A stretch of 64,000 bases of DNA from an uncultured Fibrobacterota bacterium (GCA_963729895.1 CAVSQB010000015.1:17096-81095); one strand, 5' to 3'; numbered from the stretch's first letter, positions 40,371 through 51,195 are shown. The notes: generated from the sequence alone by a model not told the origin. Program-made: numbers and translations.

Positions 40371-41930
40371 CTACCGTGAGAACAGAATGCATTTTTCGCT
40401 TCGTGAGGCATAATCGCCGACGTTTCTTCCCGTAAACGTCATTTTGACAACATATGCTCCGGGAGATTGCGGGTCGGCATTCCAGTCTATCGAATGCAGT
40501 CCGTCGCCGATGCCCACATAACGAGAACGCCAGACGATGCGACCAGCACACGTTATGATGTTCACTTCGACACCGCTATAATCAACCGGCGCCGAATACT
40601 CGATCTGGACGCCATTCCGCAATGTCAAAATTCTGAATCTGCAAGCGTCCTCAATAGCGGATGGCTTCCGGGGAGACGAAACGCCTGCTGCAGCCATCGG
40701 TTGGGTCGGACGAACGGCCGTCAACGCGATCTTGCCTTTGAGCATCCTGCCGCCGTCGCCCGTAAGCCGAAGGTAATAATCGGACGAACAGGCAGTGCCG
40801 TCCTCGTCGCTCAAACCGGCAAACGTGGTGCCGGCAGGCATGGTTGAGGCGTCTTGGGCGGTCTTGGCGATTTGATTCCCTTCATTGAATTCATCGAACA
40901 TCGAAATGTAAATTCCCTGGCATCCCGCCCGAATTGCGTTATAGAACTCGAGCCACATGAGGTTGCCATGGACCCGTTGACGCAGGGAGTTGTCTCCGGG
41001 AAGGACGCAAGGCTGATAGTCGATGCCGTTGGTATTGCAATCCTCCTGGTCCGGCACGATAAAATTGGAATAAATACCGTTAGCTCCGTTCGTGTCGCTA
41101 AACGCCCCGATCAACCACGGCGAAAGCATGTTGAAGGCGTGGTACACTCCAAGGTATCCGGACCTGGAGCCGCCGGTCCCCGTGCGCCATTCCCGGGGTA
41201 CGCCGCCGATAACGTAACAGCCCTGGCCTTTGAACCAGGTGACTACGTCCAGGCATGTTGCGGAGTCCCAAGGATGATTCGAATCGTTGAAGCCGAAACC
41301 CCAGATGCACACCACAGGCTTTCCGTTTTGTTTCGCATACATCGGAGAAGAGATCAGCGCAGACATTTTGACGGTCCAATCGGTCTTCATTTGGATTTGC
41401 ATGGAATCCCAGCCTGTGGCATCGTACATGATATAAAACTTCACGCCGTAGGTTTCCGCAGCTGCCCTTACTTTTAATGCCATGGAATCGCGGGTAGGAC
41501 CTTCCCCGCCATCCGGGTTGAACCGCTGCAAGGCTGCGCAGTCGATGCCGTATTGCTGCATCCACTGAAACTGAGTGTCTACCGTTGATTGATCGAAGGA
41601 AGAAAACAATCTTGCAGGCTGTCCGTTGCCGAGATTCGCATAGGCTGTTTGATAGCTCTTGGCATATTCACTCATGTCGGGCCAGCTCTTTATGCCCTGA
41701 TTGGTCGGAGACGGCGGCTGTCCCCAATTGTTGGCCCAATGCCACCAGCCGTTTATCGGAGCGCCATCGCCTATGCAGGCAAACCAACCCTGGTAGCCCA
41801 CGGTAACCTTTCCAACTACATCGCCGGGCCCACTGGCAGCCATTGCCGGGTTTACGCCGAATATGGCTGAGGAGACCATTGCACACAGCAATAACGCTTC
41901 TCCAAGGGAGATAGAGCATCGTGTTTTCAT
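40371..41930 (-). CDS. GH71/GH99-like glycoside hydrolase with FlgD-like C-terminal domain
   Basis: VGYQGWF, WMQQYGID, FYIMYD and SMFDEFNEG motifs; signal peptide. Confidence 0.78.
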   Translation of the reverse strand: MKTRCSISLGEALLLCAMVSSAIFGVNPAMAASGPGDVVGKVTVGYQGWFACIGDGAPINGWWHWANNWGQPPSPTNQGIKSWPDMSEYAKSYQTAYANLGNGQPARLFSSFDQSTVDTQFQWMQQYGIDCAALQRFNPDGGEGPTRDSMALKVRAAAETYGVKFYIMYDATGWDSMQIQMKTDWTVKMSALISSPMYAKQNGKPVVCIWGFGFNDSNHPWDSATCLDVVTWFKGQGCYVIGGVPREWRTGTGGSRSGYLGVYHAFNMLSPWLIGAFSDTNGANGIYSNFIVPDQEDCNTNGIDYQPCVLPGDNSLRQRVHGNLMWLEFYNAIRAGCQGIYISMFDEFNEGNQIAKTAQDASTMPAGTTFAGLSDEDGTACSSDYYLRLTGDGGRMLKGKIALTAVRPTQPMAAAGVSSPRKPSAIEDACRFRILTLRNGVQIEYSAPVDYSGVEVNIITCAGRIVWRSRYVGIGDGLHSIDWNADPQSPGAYVVKMTFTGRNVGDYASRSEKCILFSR

Positions 41931-42428
41931 GGAATCCTTTTCTACTCGTGTGTGAGGTGATATACCAAGGTCAATGCCGTGCGAAAAATTACGATTGATC
42001 TACCGTGACAGACAAGATCCCCTACGGGCTTGCTTATGAACATAAGAAATGGGTCCGATATCCGGCCAAACAATTTATTCACTTTGTTGATATGTGTTAT
42101 ATAATAATTAATTCAGCACCGGTGGCAACGGCCATGGTTGTTTCAAAATATCAAGGAAGGCTGACAAGGAAAGATCTTACTACTGCTCGTCTCTTCACGA
42201 GTACTTGTCGTATGAGGTTTGACTTGGTGCAGTTTTGAAGCATGCCTTTACAGGCCAGAATATAAATCAAGAGGATAACAAGCTGGATGGAGAGTCAGCC
42301 CCCTCTCCGCAGATGGAGTGACTTTGCGGATTGGATTGGCGATAGGGGATATGCTATAAATGTTTCTTTATCGTACATCAGACCGGGAAATAGAAAGGAA
42401 GACTTTTTCATTCGTCCGCGCAGGTCAG

Positions 42429-44108
42429 CTATTCCCCTGAGGAGAACCGCGCCAGATAGATCCCTGTCTTGGCCGTGCGGGAAACGTCCATCCGCGCCGT
42501 CGCACCATTGACCGCGATTTTTTGGACCAGCCTTCCCGAAAGATCGTAAATGTCAACATATGTAGCCCCTCGCACCCTCTGGAGGACAAAAAGCACACCC
42601 TTCTCAATTTTCACAAGAAATGAAACGGAATGTGCGGCGGCGTTCGTGCGCGACTGTGGCGAAACGTCAGATTGAATGGTGCGGGTGACAATATTGTTGG
42701 TGTCACACGCCCACACCTGGACCTCCGCCAAGCTCAAGCTGTTTTTCGTGCGGAGTTGTATGCGGACATATCTCCCGATGACCCCGCCATTGAAATGGTA
42801 CTCACTCGGAGTCCCCGTGATGCTGCGTTCAAAGGCGCAGGTTTCCCAGTTCATGCCGTCGGTGCCGAATTTAACGTCATAGTTCGTTTGATGTCGGGAA
42901 AGGGAATCGGTACGGTTATAGGCCCAAATGCTGTCGATAATGTATTGGCTACCCAAATCCACCTGCCACCAAGCCATGGAATCGACATTTGTTTGACAAA
43001 TGCTGTTCGCCGAGGATTCGCCTGCGGTGTCTCCGTCCACGGCTCGTGAGGCAGCGAGGTTGGCATAGGTGCTGGATTGCGTCGCGATCTTGTTCAGCGC
43101 AATGTTTGTGTTGTTTGAACTCTTTCTGCCGACCTCGCAAAAGGCATTGTACAAGAACATATGCGATGAATCTGCGAAACCGCCTGGACAATGGGCCCCT
43201 GGAGTTCCAACGAGCGTACCGGCCAGCAGGCCCTCATGCGTGAGCCGCACAGAGATCGGAGTGATGCCGTAAAAGAGCCAGTCGGAATTCCACTTGGAGG
43301 GCGAGCCGGTGTCGGTGGGCACGCCCCAGCCGTCCGGTGTCGATTGATACCCGCAATATGGAGGACTTCCGGCCTCGATCCAGGATGTGTCGAGCATTGC
43401 ACCAGAATTGCCGGCAGCGGCGCACACTTTGGAATTGACGCCGGGAGTTCCATCATTTCCTTCGATGCCGCCGTAAATATTCGTGTCGACAACCGGAGGG
43501 ATCTTGAAAGGCTTGTCCATGAACGCGACATTCAGGGTAATGAATGCGCCGGACGAGCATCCCTGGATTGCGATCCGGGAAGTATCTATCCGATACGTTG
43601 AAGCATGCGCGCGCATATACCTGATGCACGCCCTGGCGTCCTGGGCTGTAACGACAAACCCAGCCGGCCAGATCTTAAGCGTCGAGTCATTTTGCACTTC
43701 CCACTTCCGGTAGTCCGGGCAAACCGCCACATACCCGTACTGTGCATATGTCGTGGCATCACCAGCCTGACCGGTGCGATCCCCGCCTGTAAATCCTCCA
43801 CCGTAGATGCAAACGATGCAAGGTCTGGAGGTACATGTATCGCCCGTCGGCTCATACTCATCAAAATAGAGATCCGTGGGCAGATTGTTATTCAACGGAT
43901 TGGTGTTTGAACCGAATTTAATCGCTTGGTTCACCGTGACGTTGCTAAAGACCTTGTTGATGAAACGCCCGGCAGGATAGGTGCTCATGTAAGCAAGCGC
44001 GGGGAAAAAAGTCATGCTAAGAATCAGAAGTGTGTTGTAGAAAAAACGAGGCAATTTCCCATTGAGTATTATAGCTGGACATTCCGGGATTAGGGTATTT
44101 TTCTTCAT
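42429..44108 (-). CDS. Alpha/beta-hydrolase esterase with F5/8-type (fucolectin-like) domain and C-terminal domain
   Basis: YGGGF and GCSSG nucleophile elbow; NIALNKIATQSS..WWQVDLG..LSLAEVQV. Confidence 0.8.
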   Translation of the reverse strand: MKKNTLIPECPAIILNGKLPRFFYNTLLILSMTFFPALAYMSTYPAGRFINKVFSNVTVNQAIKFGSNTNPLNNNLPTDLYFDEYEPTGDTCTSRPCIVCIYGGGFTGGDRTGQAGDATTYAQYGYVAVCPDYRKWEVQNDSTLKIWPAGFVVTAQDARACIRYMRAHASTYRIDTSRIAIQGCSSGAFITLNVAFMDKPFKIPPVVDTNIYGGIEGNDGTPGVNSKVCAAAGNSGAMLDTSWIEAGSPPYCGYQSTPDGWGVPTDTGSPSKWNSDWLFYGITPISVRLTHEGLLAGTLVGTPGAHCPGGFADSSHMFLYNAFCEVGRKSSNNTNIALNKIATQSSTYANLAASRAVDGDTAGESSANSICQTNVDSMAWWQVDLGSQYIIDSIWAYNRTDSLSRHQTNYDVKFGTDGMNWETCAFERSITGTPSEYHFNGGVIGRYVRIQLRTKNSLSLAEVQVWACDTNNIVTRTIQSDVSPQSRTNAAAHSVSFLVKIEKGVLFVLQRVRGATYVDIYDLSGRLVQKIAVNGATARMDVSRTAKTGIYLARFSSGE

Positions 44109-44276
44109 AAATCCGTCAGTTCTTGGCCAAATTTAGAGTCTATGGTTCCGCGCTCATGCGCGGGGGCTATTGAGTAACGTGTCGTTCTTCAGCCCAACGC
44201 CCGCTTGCTCATCAAATCTTGCACAAGCTATCCGACAGCAGCACGATTTCAATGCTGCGGATATTAAAATCCGTCA

Positions 44277-46913
44277 TCATTGCACAATCTGAAAAGTGCC
44301 TGATTCCATGATCGCCTGACTCTTTCGCTCCAATTTGATCTCATATGCATACCCCCCAATTGCAACTGGGAGATTTCTTTGGGTAGTCATGTTCCATTGA
44401 ACAAGGTTGCTATTCGATACTAATTCTTTGACCAAGACTCCGTTAAGAGAGTAGATACCGACCGTTATTCTCTTCATATCATTATAGGGGTTCATCGCAG
44501 CAAAAGATATCACCCTGTCTCTCGTGCGGTCGAATAGTTTCTTTGCAATTGCACAAGATATTTCAGAATGAAAAGCCGGAGAATTGTTGACAACTTCAAC
44601 AACCTGGCCCGCGGGCGTATTCATTCTGGCCAAAATAATGCTGTAGGGCGTTCCGTTTATCGCGAGATGGATCGTTTCATTAACTGACGTTGGGATAGTG
44701 ATTTTATTGCCGGTTATCGTACCGGAATCGATTCCGTTTCTGTAAATCTGTAGCGCTTGTCCAGGGCAAGGGTTGACAAAGGTACAGTTTCCACTCACGC
44801 TGCTAATTATCCGCACATACTGCACAGCGTTGTTTTCCATGTCGCTCGAAACCAGGAATCCGCCGTAAGTCAGCATGTCCCCGAATTTACCATAGGTATT
44901 CGTCGGCCAATCGGCAAACAACCTTATCGTGTCCTGGAATGACTGGACAAGCATCTCGCACAATGTGGCCGGTACTGTATTGAGATTTTCAATTCCTCCG
45001 CCGCCGGTGTGAATATGCAGATTTGGGTAGGTGTTGTTTGTAACCCATAAATTCAGTTGGGTCAAAATCGTATTCGGATCATATCCGATCCGGGCTGCGG
45101 CGGGATAGAATGTGGGTGTCGCATTTCCATCGCTCCAGCGAGCCATCTGACCAATCATGTTCTTGCCGATGGCGAGCAGAGCAGAATCGCTTCCAAGGCC
45201 GATCTGGCTGCCTGGGTAAATGTGTTGTGACCCGATGTCGTTGCCGTCAACCCAATCATCCCCAACCTCGGTCCACCTGAAAACGGTAACGCCATTCCTG
45301 ACAAAGGTTGGAAAGGCGCTGAGATTCATCAACCTGTTCTCCCAAATGGCTCTCGATGAGGAGTCCTGGTTTAGGGCGGAACTTAAATCAATGACCCCTT
45401 TAAGGAGGAAACGAATCAAACCCAATGACATAACGCCGTTTGTTTGTGGATACGAGTCACCTTCTTGTTGGGCATCTTTGTAATCCACGTACCTGGTCCC
45501 GTCCCAAGTCAGGTAGTTTTGCCAGAATATCGCGATTGGCTTGAGAGTACCGTAGACTTTGTTTGCATATGTCAAATCGTGTGTGTAGTAGTAGTGCATG
45601 ATCATGTCGGTTGCCGCAAAAGCACCAGGAAACTTCTGATTCCAGGTATTATGATCAGCGCTGCCGTTCGGCACAGGGCCAATATGGACTCTGTAAAAGG
45701 CTCCGGTCCAGCCGCTGTCCGATGCCTGTGACTGGGCATTGGGTACCCAGTCTATAATCGGTTTGTCATAGCTGTCAGCAAGCTCGGGGTGATTGGTGGG
45801 GCATGCCATGTAGAACGGCGCTTCATAATTGTAATTAAGGGTGTAGTCACTGTTCCATGCTGGATTTTCCATCACCCAATTCGCCCATAATCCGGGAGGT
45901 GCTTCACTCGTTCTGGAGCAACTCGCCAAAAGATAAAGCGACCCATAGAATTCTTTTTCGATTGTTTTGTTTGGTATTTCTACAAATGATTTGCCGTAGA
46001 AATTGTTCCACCAGGCGCAATGCACATTGTTTAAGCTATCGATATTCGCCCGTGTTTCCGAACTGATGCTGCTGATGGCCTGACTCTGATAACTTGCACT
46101 ATCGTAATTACTCATGATGCAGGTTACAAGGGAATAGGTGTTTCCGGGCGATAGAGTAAAATTTAAAGCATTGTTATTGATAATTCCTGCCGTTCCAATC
46201 ACTCGCGTTGCAACACGTACCTTGCACGTAGCATATCCGCCCACCGCATCCATATTGTCTGCCGTTACGTCGATATAGAGGACATCTCCGGATGAACCGA
46301 TGCTGCTGCCGTACGTATTTTGATTGCCCACGGCCAGTGAAACCGTCACGCTCTTACTCTCCGTTCCCGAGTACGTGAAATTCGTTATAAACTGGTTCGT
46401 AACGGTATTGTCTGCCTGTACCCAACTTTCCGTCGTTATCGTATTGCCATTCAGGGTAAATGTCCCATTTACTTCGCCCAGAGGAATATTCTCTACCATG
46501 GAATATGAAGCTCCCGTCATCCCAGGGATTGCCAGTATTAATCTGGCCATTGCTTTGACCGTTCCGTCATTCAGCGACCAGAACTCATTCTTACCTAAAA
46601 TGAAAGTCATCGCATCAATGCTGTTTAGGATCGCAACTCCGACGTCTCCGTTACCAAGGAGCGGTGCATCCGTGGTCTCCTGAGTATTAGTTTGTGTCGG
46701 TAATGAGGTAAAGGTCCCTTTGTATTGGCCGACAATACGAAGAGCCTGGGTTGAAGTTGTTTGATCGGCATAGACGCAACTTGCTATATAGAGGGTACTC
46801 GACAGACAGAAGCTGGAAATCGATATGGTGAACCTCCAATAGTCAACATCACGTTGGTTCCAGTACCAGTAGGCGTACGCCTGCGAGGTATTTCCATGCT
46901 TTGGCGGTCGCAA
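44277..46913 (-). CDS. GH95-like (alpha/alpha)6 glycoside hydrolase; true start uncertain, 5' end possibly chimeric
   Basis: PLLGNGD, PPGLWANW..WNSDYTLNYN, EMLVQS and IRLF motifs; FlgD-like C-terminus. Confidence 0.75.
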   Translation of the reverse strand: MRPPKHGNTSQAYAYWYWNQRDVDYWRFTISISSFCLSSTLYIASCVYADQTTSTQALRIVGQYKGTFTSLPTQTNTQETTDAPLLGNGDVGVAILNSIDAMTFILGKNEFWSLNDGTVKAMARLILAIPGMTGASYSMVENIPLGEVNGTFTLNGNTITTESWVQADNTVTNQFITNFTYSGTESKSVTVSLAVGNQNTYGSSIGSSGDVLYIDVTADNMDAVGGYATCKVRVATRVIGTAGIINNNALNFTLSPGNTYSLVTCIMSNYDSASYQSQAISSISSETRANIDSLNNVHCAWWNNFYGKSFVEIPNKTIEKEFYGSLYLLASCSRTSEAPPGLWANWVMENPAWNSDYTLNYNYEAPFYMACPTNHPELADSYDKPIIDWVPNAQSQASDSGWTGAFYRVHIGPVPNGSADHNTWNQKFPGAFAATDMIMHYYYTHDLTYANKVYGTLKPIAIFWQNYLTWDGTRYVDYKDAQQEGDSYPQTNGVMSLGLIRFLLKGVIDLSSALNQDSSSRAIWENRLMNLSAFPTFVRNGVTVFRWTEVGDDWVDGNDIGSQHIYPGSQIGLGSDSALLAIGKNMIGQMARWSDGNATPTFYPAAARIGYDPNTILTQLNLWVTNNTYPNLHIHTGGGGIENLNTVPATLCEMLVQSFQDTIRLFADWPTNTYGKFGDMLTYGGFLVSSDMENNAVQYVRIISSVSGNCTFVNPCPGQALQIYRNGIDSGTITGNKITIPTSVNETIHLAINGTPYSIILARMNTPAGQVVEVVNNSPAFHSEISCAIAKKLFDRTRDRVISFAAMNPYNDMKRITVGIYSLNGVLVKELVSNSNLVQWNMTTQRNLPVAIGGYAYEIKLERKSQAIMESGTFQIVQ

Positions 46914-47065
46914 CGGAACCGGTAATGTCTCAGCCGGTCTTGTTGATGTATTCCGTAAACTCCCACCACATCGGATTGGACGGGTAATGATGAATCCCGG
47001 TCGACTGCCGGACGGTGCTGTTCAACGCATCACAAGTACCGGAATGTGTCCGAACAAAGAGACGC

Positions 47066-49330
47066 TTACCAAAGATTAACCACTTTACAAGTTACGACCC
47101 GATCGTCCATACTGCATTTCACCAGGTAGGACCCTCTGCCTAGATCCGTTCGCTCCGCGGACGCCGCCGGATGGCCCTTGTCAAAGGTCATTTTCTGAAC
47201 GAGCCGGCCCTGCATATCGAGTATGTCCAGGGAAAAAGTTTTACCTGCAAATCCCGGTGGAAGCATGAGCCTGCGCCTGAGAAAGTGGACTGAAAAATTA
47301 TCAATCGGACTGCCACTCTTTGCGTTTTCAATAGCAGTTGTTGGACAAGCTTGCGGCGCAAGCGTGTCAGACATGATGCTTTGGTAGGCGGCTTCGATGC
47401 CGGCGGCGTTGATGATGGCCTGGGCCGCGGCCGACCAGGGGTTTCCGCTTTCGTTATGCGTGTTGGTGACAGCGCAATTGGTACCGTTGTTTTCGTAACT
47501 GGGCTGGTCGGTATAGTTATTGTCAGCGACGATATCATGGATGGTGTTGCTCCAGATGTACAGCCAGAAACTGGCCGCCTTATCCACGACATTATTGTTG
47601 ATCGCCCAGAGGCCCGATCCTTCGTCCGGCATTATCGCCGAGGATCCGTTGATCGCATAGTTTCTTGCTATTTGTGAATTAGGCGAGGAATTCATCACAT
47701 AAATCGTCCCTCCGTCGTGCAATACCAGATGGTCGTTCCCGACTTTGTTATAACTGATGTTGACGTTGTTCATATTCGTCGACGGCGGGATGGATCCCGA
47801 CGCTCCCCAGTACCAGCCCTGCGCGATCACGCCGTAGGGCATGAAGCCCAGGTCATTATGCGATATCTCCAGCCCTTCGGGAAAATAGCCAGAAATGCCC
47901 TCGACCCGGACGAAATCTGAGGAGAGGTTCCGTGCAAAATTGTCCCTTACGACATTGTTTTTACATAGACCTGCGATTCCAGGCGGAAATTTGGCCCCTT
48001 CGCCGATTATATAGTGCTGGGGATGCGAGATGTTGACCGCGTTGCCCGCCAGGTCCTTGAAGACGTTACCGATAACCATGCTGTTGATCACGTCGTTTTC
48101 CAGATTGATTGCGATTGCGTTGTTGCATTGTAGGAATTTGCACTGCTCGATGCGCAGTGAGTCGCAGTTCCTGACGTCAATAGTTGCCTGAGGCAAATCC
48201 TCATTGGTGAAATAGGCCGCGTTATGGTCGCCGTCGGCGCGGAACTTGTAGAAAACAGCCGAGCTTTGCGAGCCGACGAACCCTTTTGAACCTGCGACAT
48301 CGTACAGCGAACAGTGGTCGTGCATGAACGTGATGCCGTAAAACTGAAGGTTCAGAATACGGTTCGCGGTTGACGCTCCGTAAATTTGCAGCAGTCCTTC
48401 GCTGACGGGTGCGATAACCGTAGCGGTGTTCATGTTCTCACCCCTGCTGTAATAATAGAGCGTGTGGGTTGCTTTATTAAAATAAAACTGACCGGGGCTT
48501 GCAAGCAGTTCATAGGCGTTTCTGATGGTAAAATTATACTTTGCACCATATCCGTCCGTGAGGCCAAGCGCTCCCCATCTCAAGGTGGCCGCGATGGCGC
48601 CTGTCGGCTGTTGCAAACTGACGGTCGTCGTGGCGCCGGAGGTTGCCATATCCCTGACACACGCAATATTGTCGCACCATTGCCAGCTCCATTCGATTTC
48701 GACATCGCCGGGATTGGCGTAGGCGGGGAGGACGGACGAATTGAACGTCAGGGCGTCGAAAGTCGACCCGCTCGTCTGCGCCCAAGCTTCGGTACCCGCG
48801 ACCGTAAACGTGCCGGAGGTTCCTGATGCTTGTTTGTTGAGCACTTCCGTCATCTCTGCCCGCACTCCATTGACATAGAGGCAGCGCAGCTTCGTGTCCC
48901 GGTTGAGAGTCGCCTTGTAGGTGTTGCCGCTCTGAAGCGTCCAGCCCGTCACCGGCATGCCGCCGCTGATGACCGGCTTTTCGTCCATGCCGTTATTGTT
49001 GTATGCTTTGTAAATCACCGAGAAGCCGTTTGCTCCCCCGTCGCTCGTATCGAACGCGATGGGCGCTGCCGTGTAGTACGTGCCGCAGCGCAGGTAGACG
49101 TAGATGTCGCCGGTCATGGAACGGTTAACGGTGCGGACCACGTCGCGCGCCTTGGTGATGGTCGCGAAGGGCAGGGCGAGCGTGCCGGGGTTATTGTCGT
49201 TGCCGCTCGGCGACACATAATAGGATACCTGGGTGGCCGCACAAACCGATATTGAGGCGGGCCCAAACAGGAAACAGGCAATGGCCAATAACCGTATCAT
49301 TGCATGAAGGGTAATGCTGATTTTAGTCAT
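47066..49330 (-). CDS. Right-handed beta-helix polysaccharide-active protein (GH141-like) with C-terminal domain
   Basis: YYVSPSGNDNNPGT..PFATI..AR, PVISGG, PGQFY and DGGTIY motifs. Confidence 0.8.
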   Translation of the reverse strand: MTKISITLHAMIRLLAIACFLFGPASISVCAATQVSYYVSPSGNDNNPGTLALPFATITKARDVVRTVNRSMTGDIYVYLRCGTYYTAAPIAFDTSDGGANGFSVIYKAYNNNGMDEKPVISGGMPVTGWTLQSGNTYKATLNRDTKLRCLYVNGVRAEMTEVLNKQASGTSGTFTVAGTEAWAQTSGSTFDALTFNSSVLPAYANPGDVEIEWSWQWCDNIACVRDMATSGATTTVSLQQPTGAIAATLRWGALGLTDGYGAKYNFTIRNAYELLASPGQFYFNKATHTLYYYSRGENMNTATVIAPVSEGLLQIYGASTANRILNLQFYGITFMHDHCSLYDVAGSKGFVGSQSSAVFYKFRADGDHNAAYFTNEDLPQATIDVRNCDSLRIEQCKFLQCNNAIAINLENDVINSMVIGNVFKDLAGNAVNISHPQHYIIGEGAKFPPGIAGLCKNNVVRDNFARNLSSDFVRVEGISGYFPEGLEISHNDLGFMPYGVIAQGWYWGASGSIPPSTNMNNVNISYNKVGNDHLVLHDGGTIYVMNSSPNSQIARNYAINGSSAIMPDEGSGLWAINNNVVDKAASFWLYIWSNTIHDIVADNNYTDQPSYENNGTNCAVTNTHNESGNPWSAAAQAIINAAGIEAAYQSIMSDTLAPQACPTTAIENAKSGSPIDNFSVHFLRRRLMLPPGFAGKTFSLDILDMQGRLVQKMTFDKGHPAASAERTDLGRGSYLVKCSMDDRVVTCKVVNLW

Positions 49331-50020
49331 GAATGTATCGTTGTTGTTTTCGTTGGTTGAGAGAATACCAATTGAGCGGACGCGGAAGCTCCGTGTCCCC
49401 GCGTTTTTTCATATCTTCCCATAGGAGAGCTTTGGAATAAATCGGCAACTATTTATGATGCTAAGTATAGTACCTGTCCAGGCTAAAATTTCGGGTATGA
49501 TTCCTTTTGTCCTGTCCCTGCAATTTTGAGGTGCCATTACATAGCAGCGGTTGCCTCAATGGGCGTTATATTAACGTGGACATCGTACTGGTCTTTTCAC
49601 TCCCCAACTTAGTTCTGATAAACATGAAACCACCAGTCTCGCACCTCCCGGTCGATATACTAACCGCAAAAATCGCCAAGCGCGAGACTCGCTTGCAAAT
49701 AATTTACCTCCCCGCGGTTCAGAAAGTTGTTGGAAGTTAGCTACTTTGTTCAACTATCAGATATATTAATGAATTTTGACTTCAGACGAAGGAGTTTACA
49801 CGATGGGAGAAGAATGATTCTCATCGTCACCCTGATCGTGATGGATTAAATCCGAGGCGCGAAGAAGGATTTGCCCGGGTAAGAAATTGACGAAATCTTG
49901 TCAGAATATTATCGGGTTTTTTAGAAAAGGCTTAAATTCGTTCAAAAAAGCAATCTGGTCATGTGAAAACGGATTATCTATCTGGTGGTGGTTCGGCGTG
50001 GCTGGAGCGATCATGGCAGG

Positions 50021-50040
50021 GAATCCCTGCCTCTCCGCCA
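50021..50040 (+). repeat. attR core (duplicated tRNA-Ser 3' end)
   Basis: GAATCCCTGCCTCTCCGCCA. Confidence 0.92.
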
Positions 50041-50045
50041 TAATA

Positions 50046-51150
50046 CTGACATTTAACTTATAATGGATACTTATATCAGAAATAGTTATATTATGGTATA
50101 TGAGACCACACGGAAATCCCAAGCAATTGGAAGCGCGACGTCGACAAGCCATCGCCATGCTGCGTTCAGGCAAAACCTATCGGGCTGTGGCGCAGAAATT
50201 GAAATCGTCTCTGAGTTCGGTGGTGCGGTGGTATCAGGCCTATCAGAAAAGAGGTCGAAAAGGAATTCGAACCCAGGCCAAATGGGGACGACCTTCTCTC
50301 TTGACCGATCATCAGAAAGAAAAGCTGAAGAAAAAGCTGCTGAAAGGAGCTGCAGCAGCCGGACACGCCACCGACCTATGGACATTAAAGCGTATCGTAC
50401 GGCTGATTCATGCCGACTACGGCGTCCATTACACGCATGTAGGAGTATGGAAGCTATTACGCCACGATTTTGGCTGGAGCTATCAAAAGCCGCAACGACG
50501 CGCTCTGCAAAGAGACGAAAAGGCCATTGCGTCCTGGAAGCGCAGGACATGGCCCAGTATAAAAAAAAGCCCGAAAACTTAAGGCCCATATTGCCTTCTT
50601 GGACGAAAGCGGTTTTTTGCTCATACCGAACGTCCGCAAAACGTGGGCTCCTGCGGGCTGCACACCGATCCTGCGCCACAGCTACCGGCGTGATAAAATC
50701 TCGGCCATCGGCAGTGTCACCGTGTCCCCTAGCTGCCACCATTTTGGTCTTTATGTCCGTTTCCATGCCCATAACATCACGGGCACGGAGGTCGTCACTT
50801 TTTTGGGGTATTTGTTGCGCCATTTGCGCAGGCACGTTGTTCTTGTCTGGGACAATGGCCCCATCCACAAGAGAGCAGACGTTAAAGCTTTCCTGCAAAA
50901 GACCAAGCGACTTCATGTCAACTGGCTTCCCAGTTATGCTCCTGAACTCAATCCGATTGAACATGTTTGGACTCATGGGAAACGCGATCTTTCCAACAGC
51001 ACCCATGAAGATACGTATCATTTGGGATCTCATTTACACCGTTCTATTGGCCGAGTGCGCAGTTCTCAAAGGCTCCTTGAATCGTGTATTGCACATTCGG
51101 AAATCACTTGGCCATAAATAATCGTGTATCCATTATATGTTAAAGATCAA
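50046..51150 (+). mobile_element. IS630-family element
   Basis: IRs CTGACATTTAACTTATAATGGATAC / GTATCCATTATATGTTAAAGATCAA; TA duplication at 50044-50045 / 51151-51152. Confidence 0.92.
50100..51117 (+). CDS. IS630 transposase in two frames (50100-50582 HTH; ~50563-51117 DDE)
   Basis: A8 run at 50561-50568 joins the frames; FLDES, WDNGPIH and PELNPIE motifs. Confidence 0.9.
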
Positions 51151-51195
51151 TAAGACCCCAATCACGTTTTTTTCTTGATTGGGGCCTTATTATTT
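51151..51195 (+). terminator. Probable original tRNA-Ser terminator, displaced by the island and split by IS630
   Basis: TAAGACCCCAATCA...TGATTGGGGCCTTATT stem. Confidence 0.65.

Larger units (their letters stand above)
33397..50040. mobile_element. tRNA-Ser-integrated genomic island (16.6 kb) of secreted CAZyme genes, lacking an integrase
   Basis: Bounded by the 20-bp tRNA 3' direct repeat; all cargo on the minus strand. Confidence 0.85.

Noticed and set aside
42301..42311. CCTCTCCGC as an internal third att site
   Set aside because: Only 9 bp; expected by chance
50063..51121. 352-aa and 315-aa ORFs overlapping IS630
   Set aside because: Alternative frames; the HTH and DDE motifs lie in the 50100 and 50599 frames
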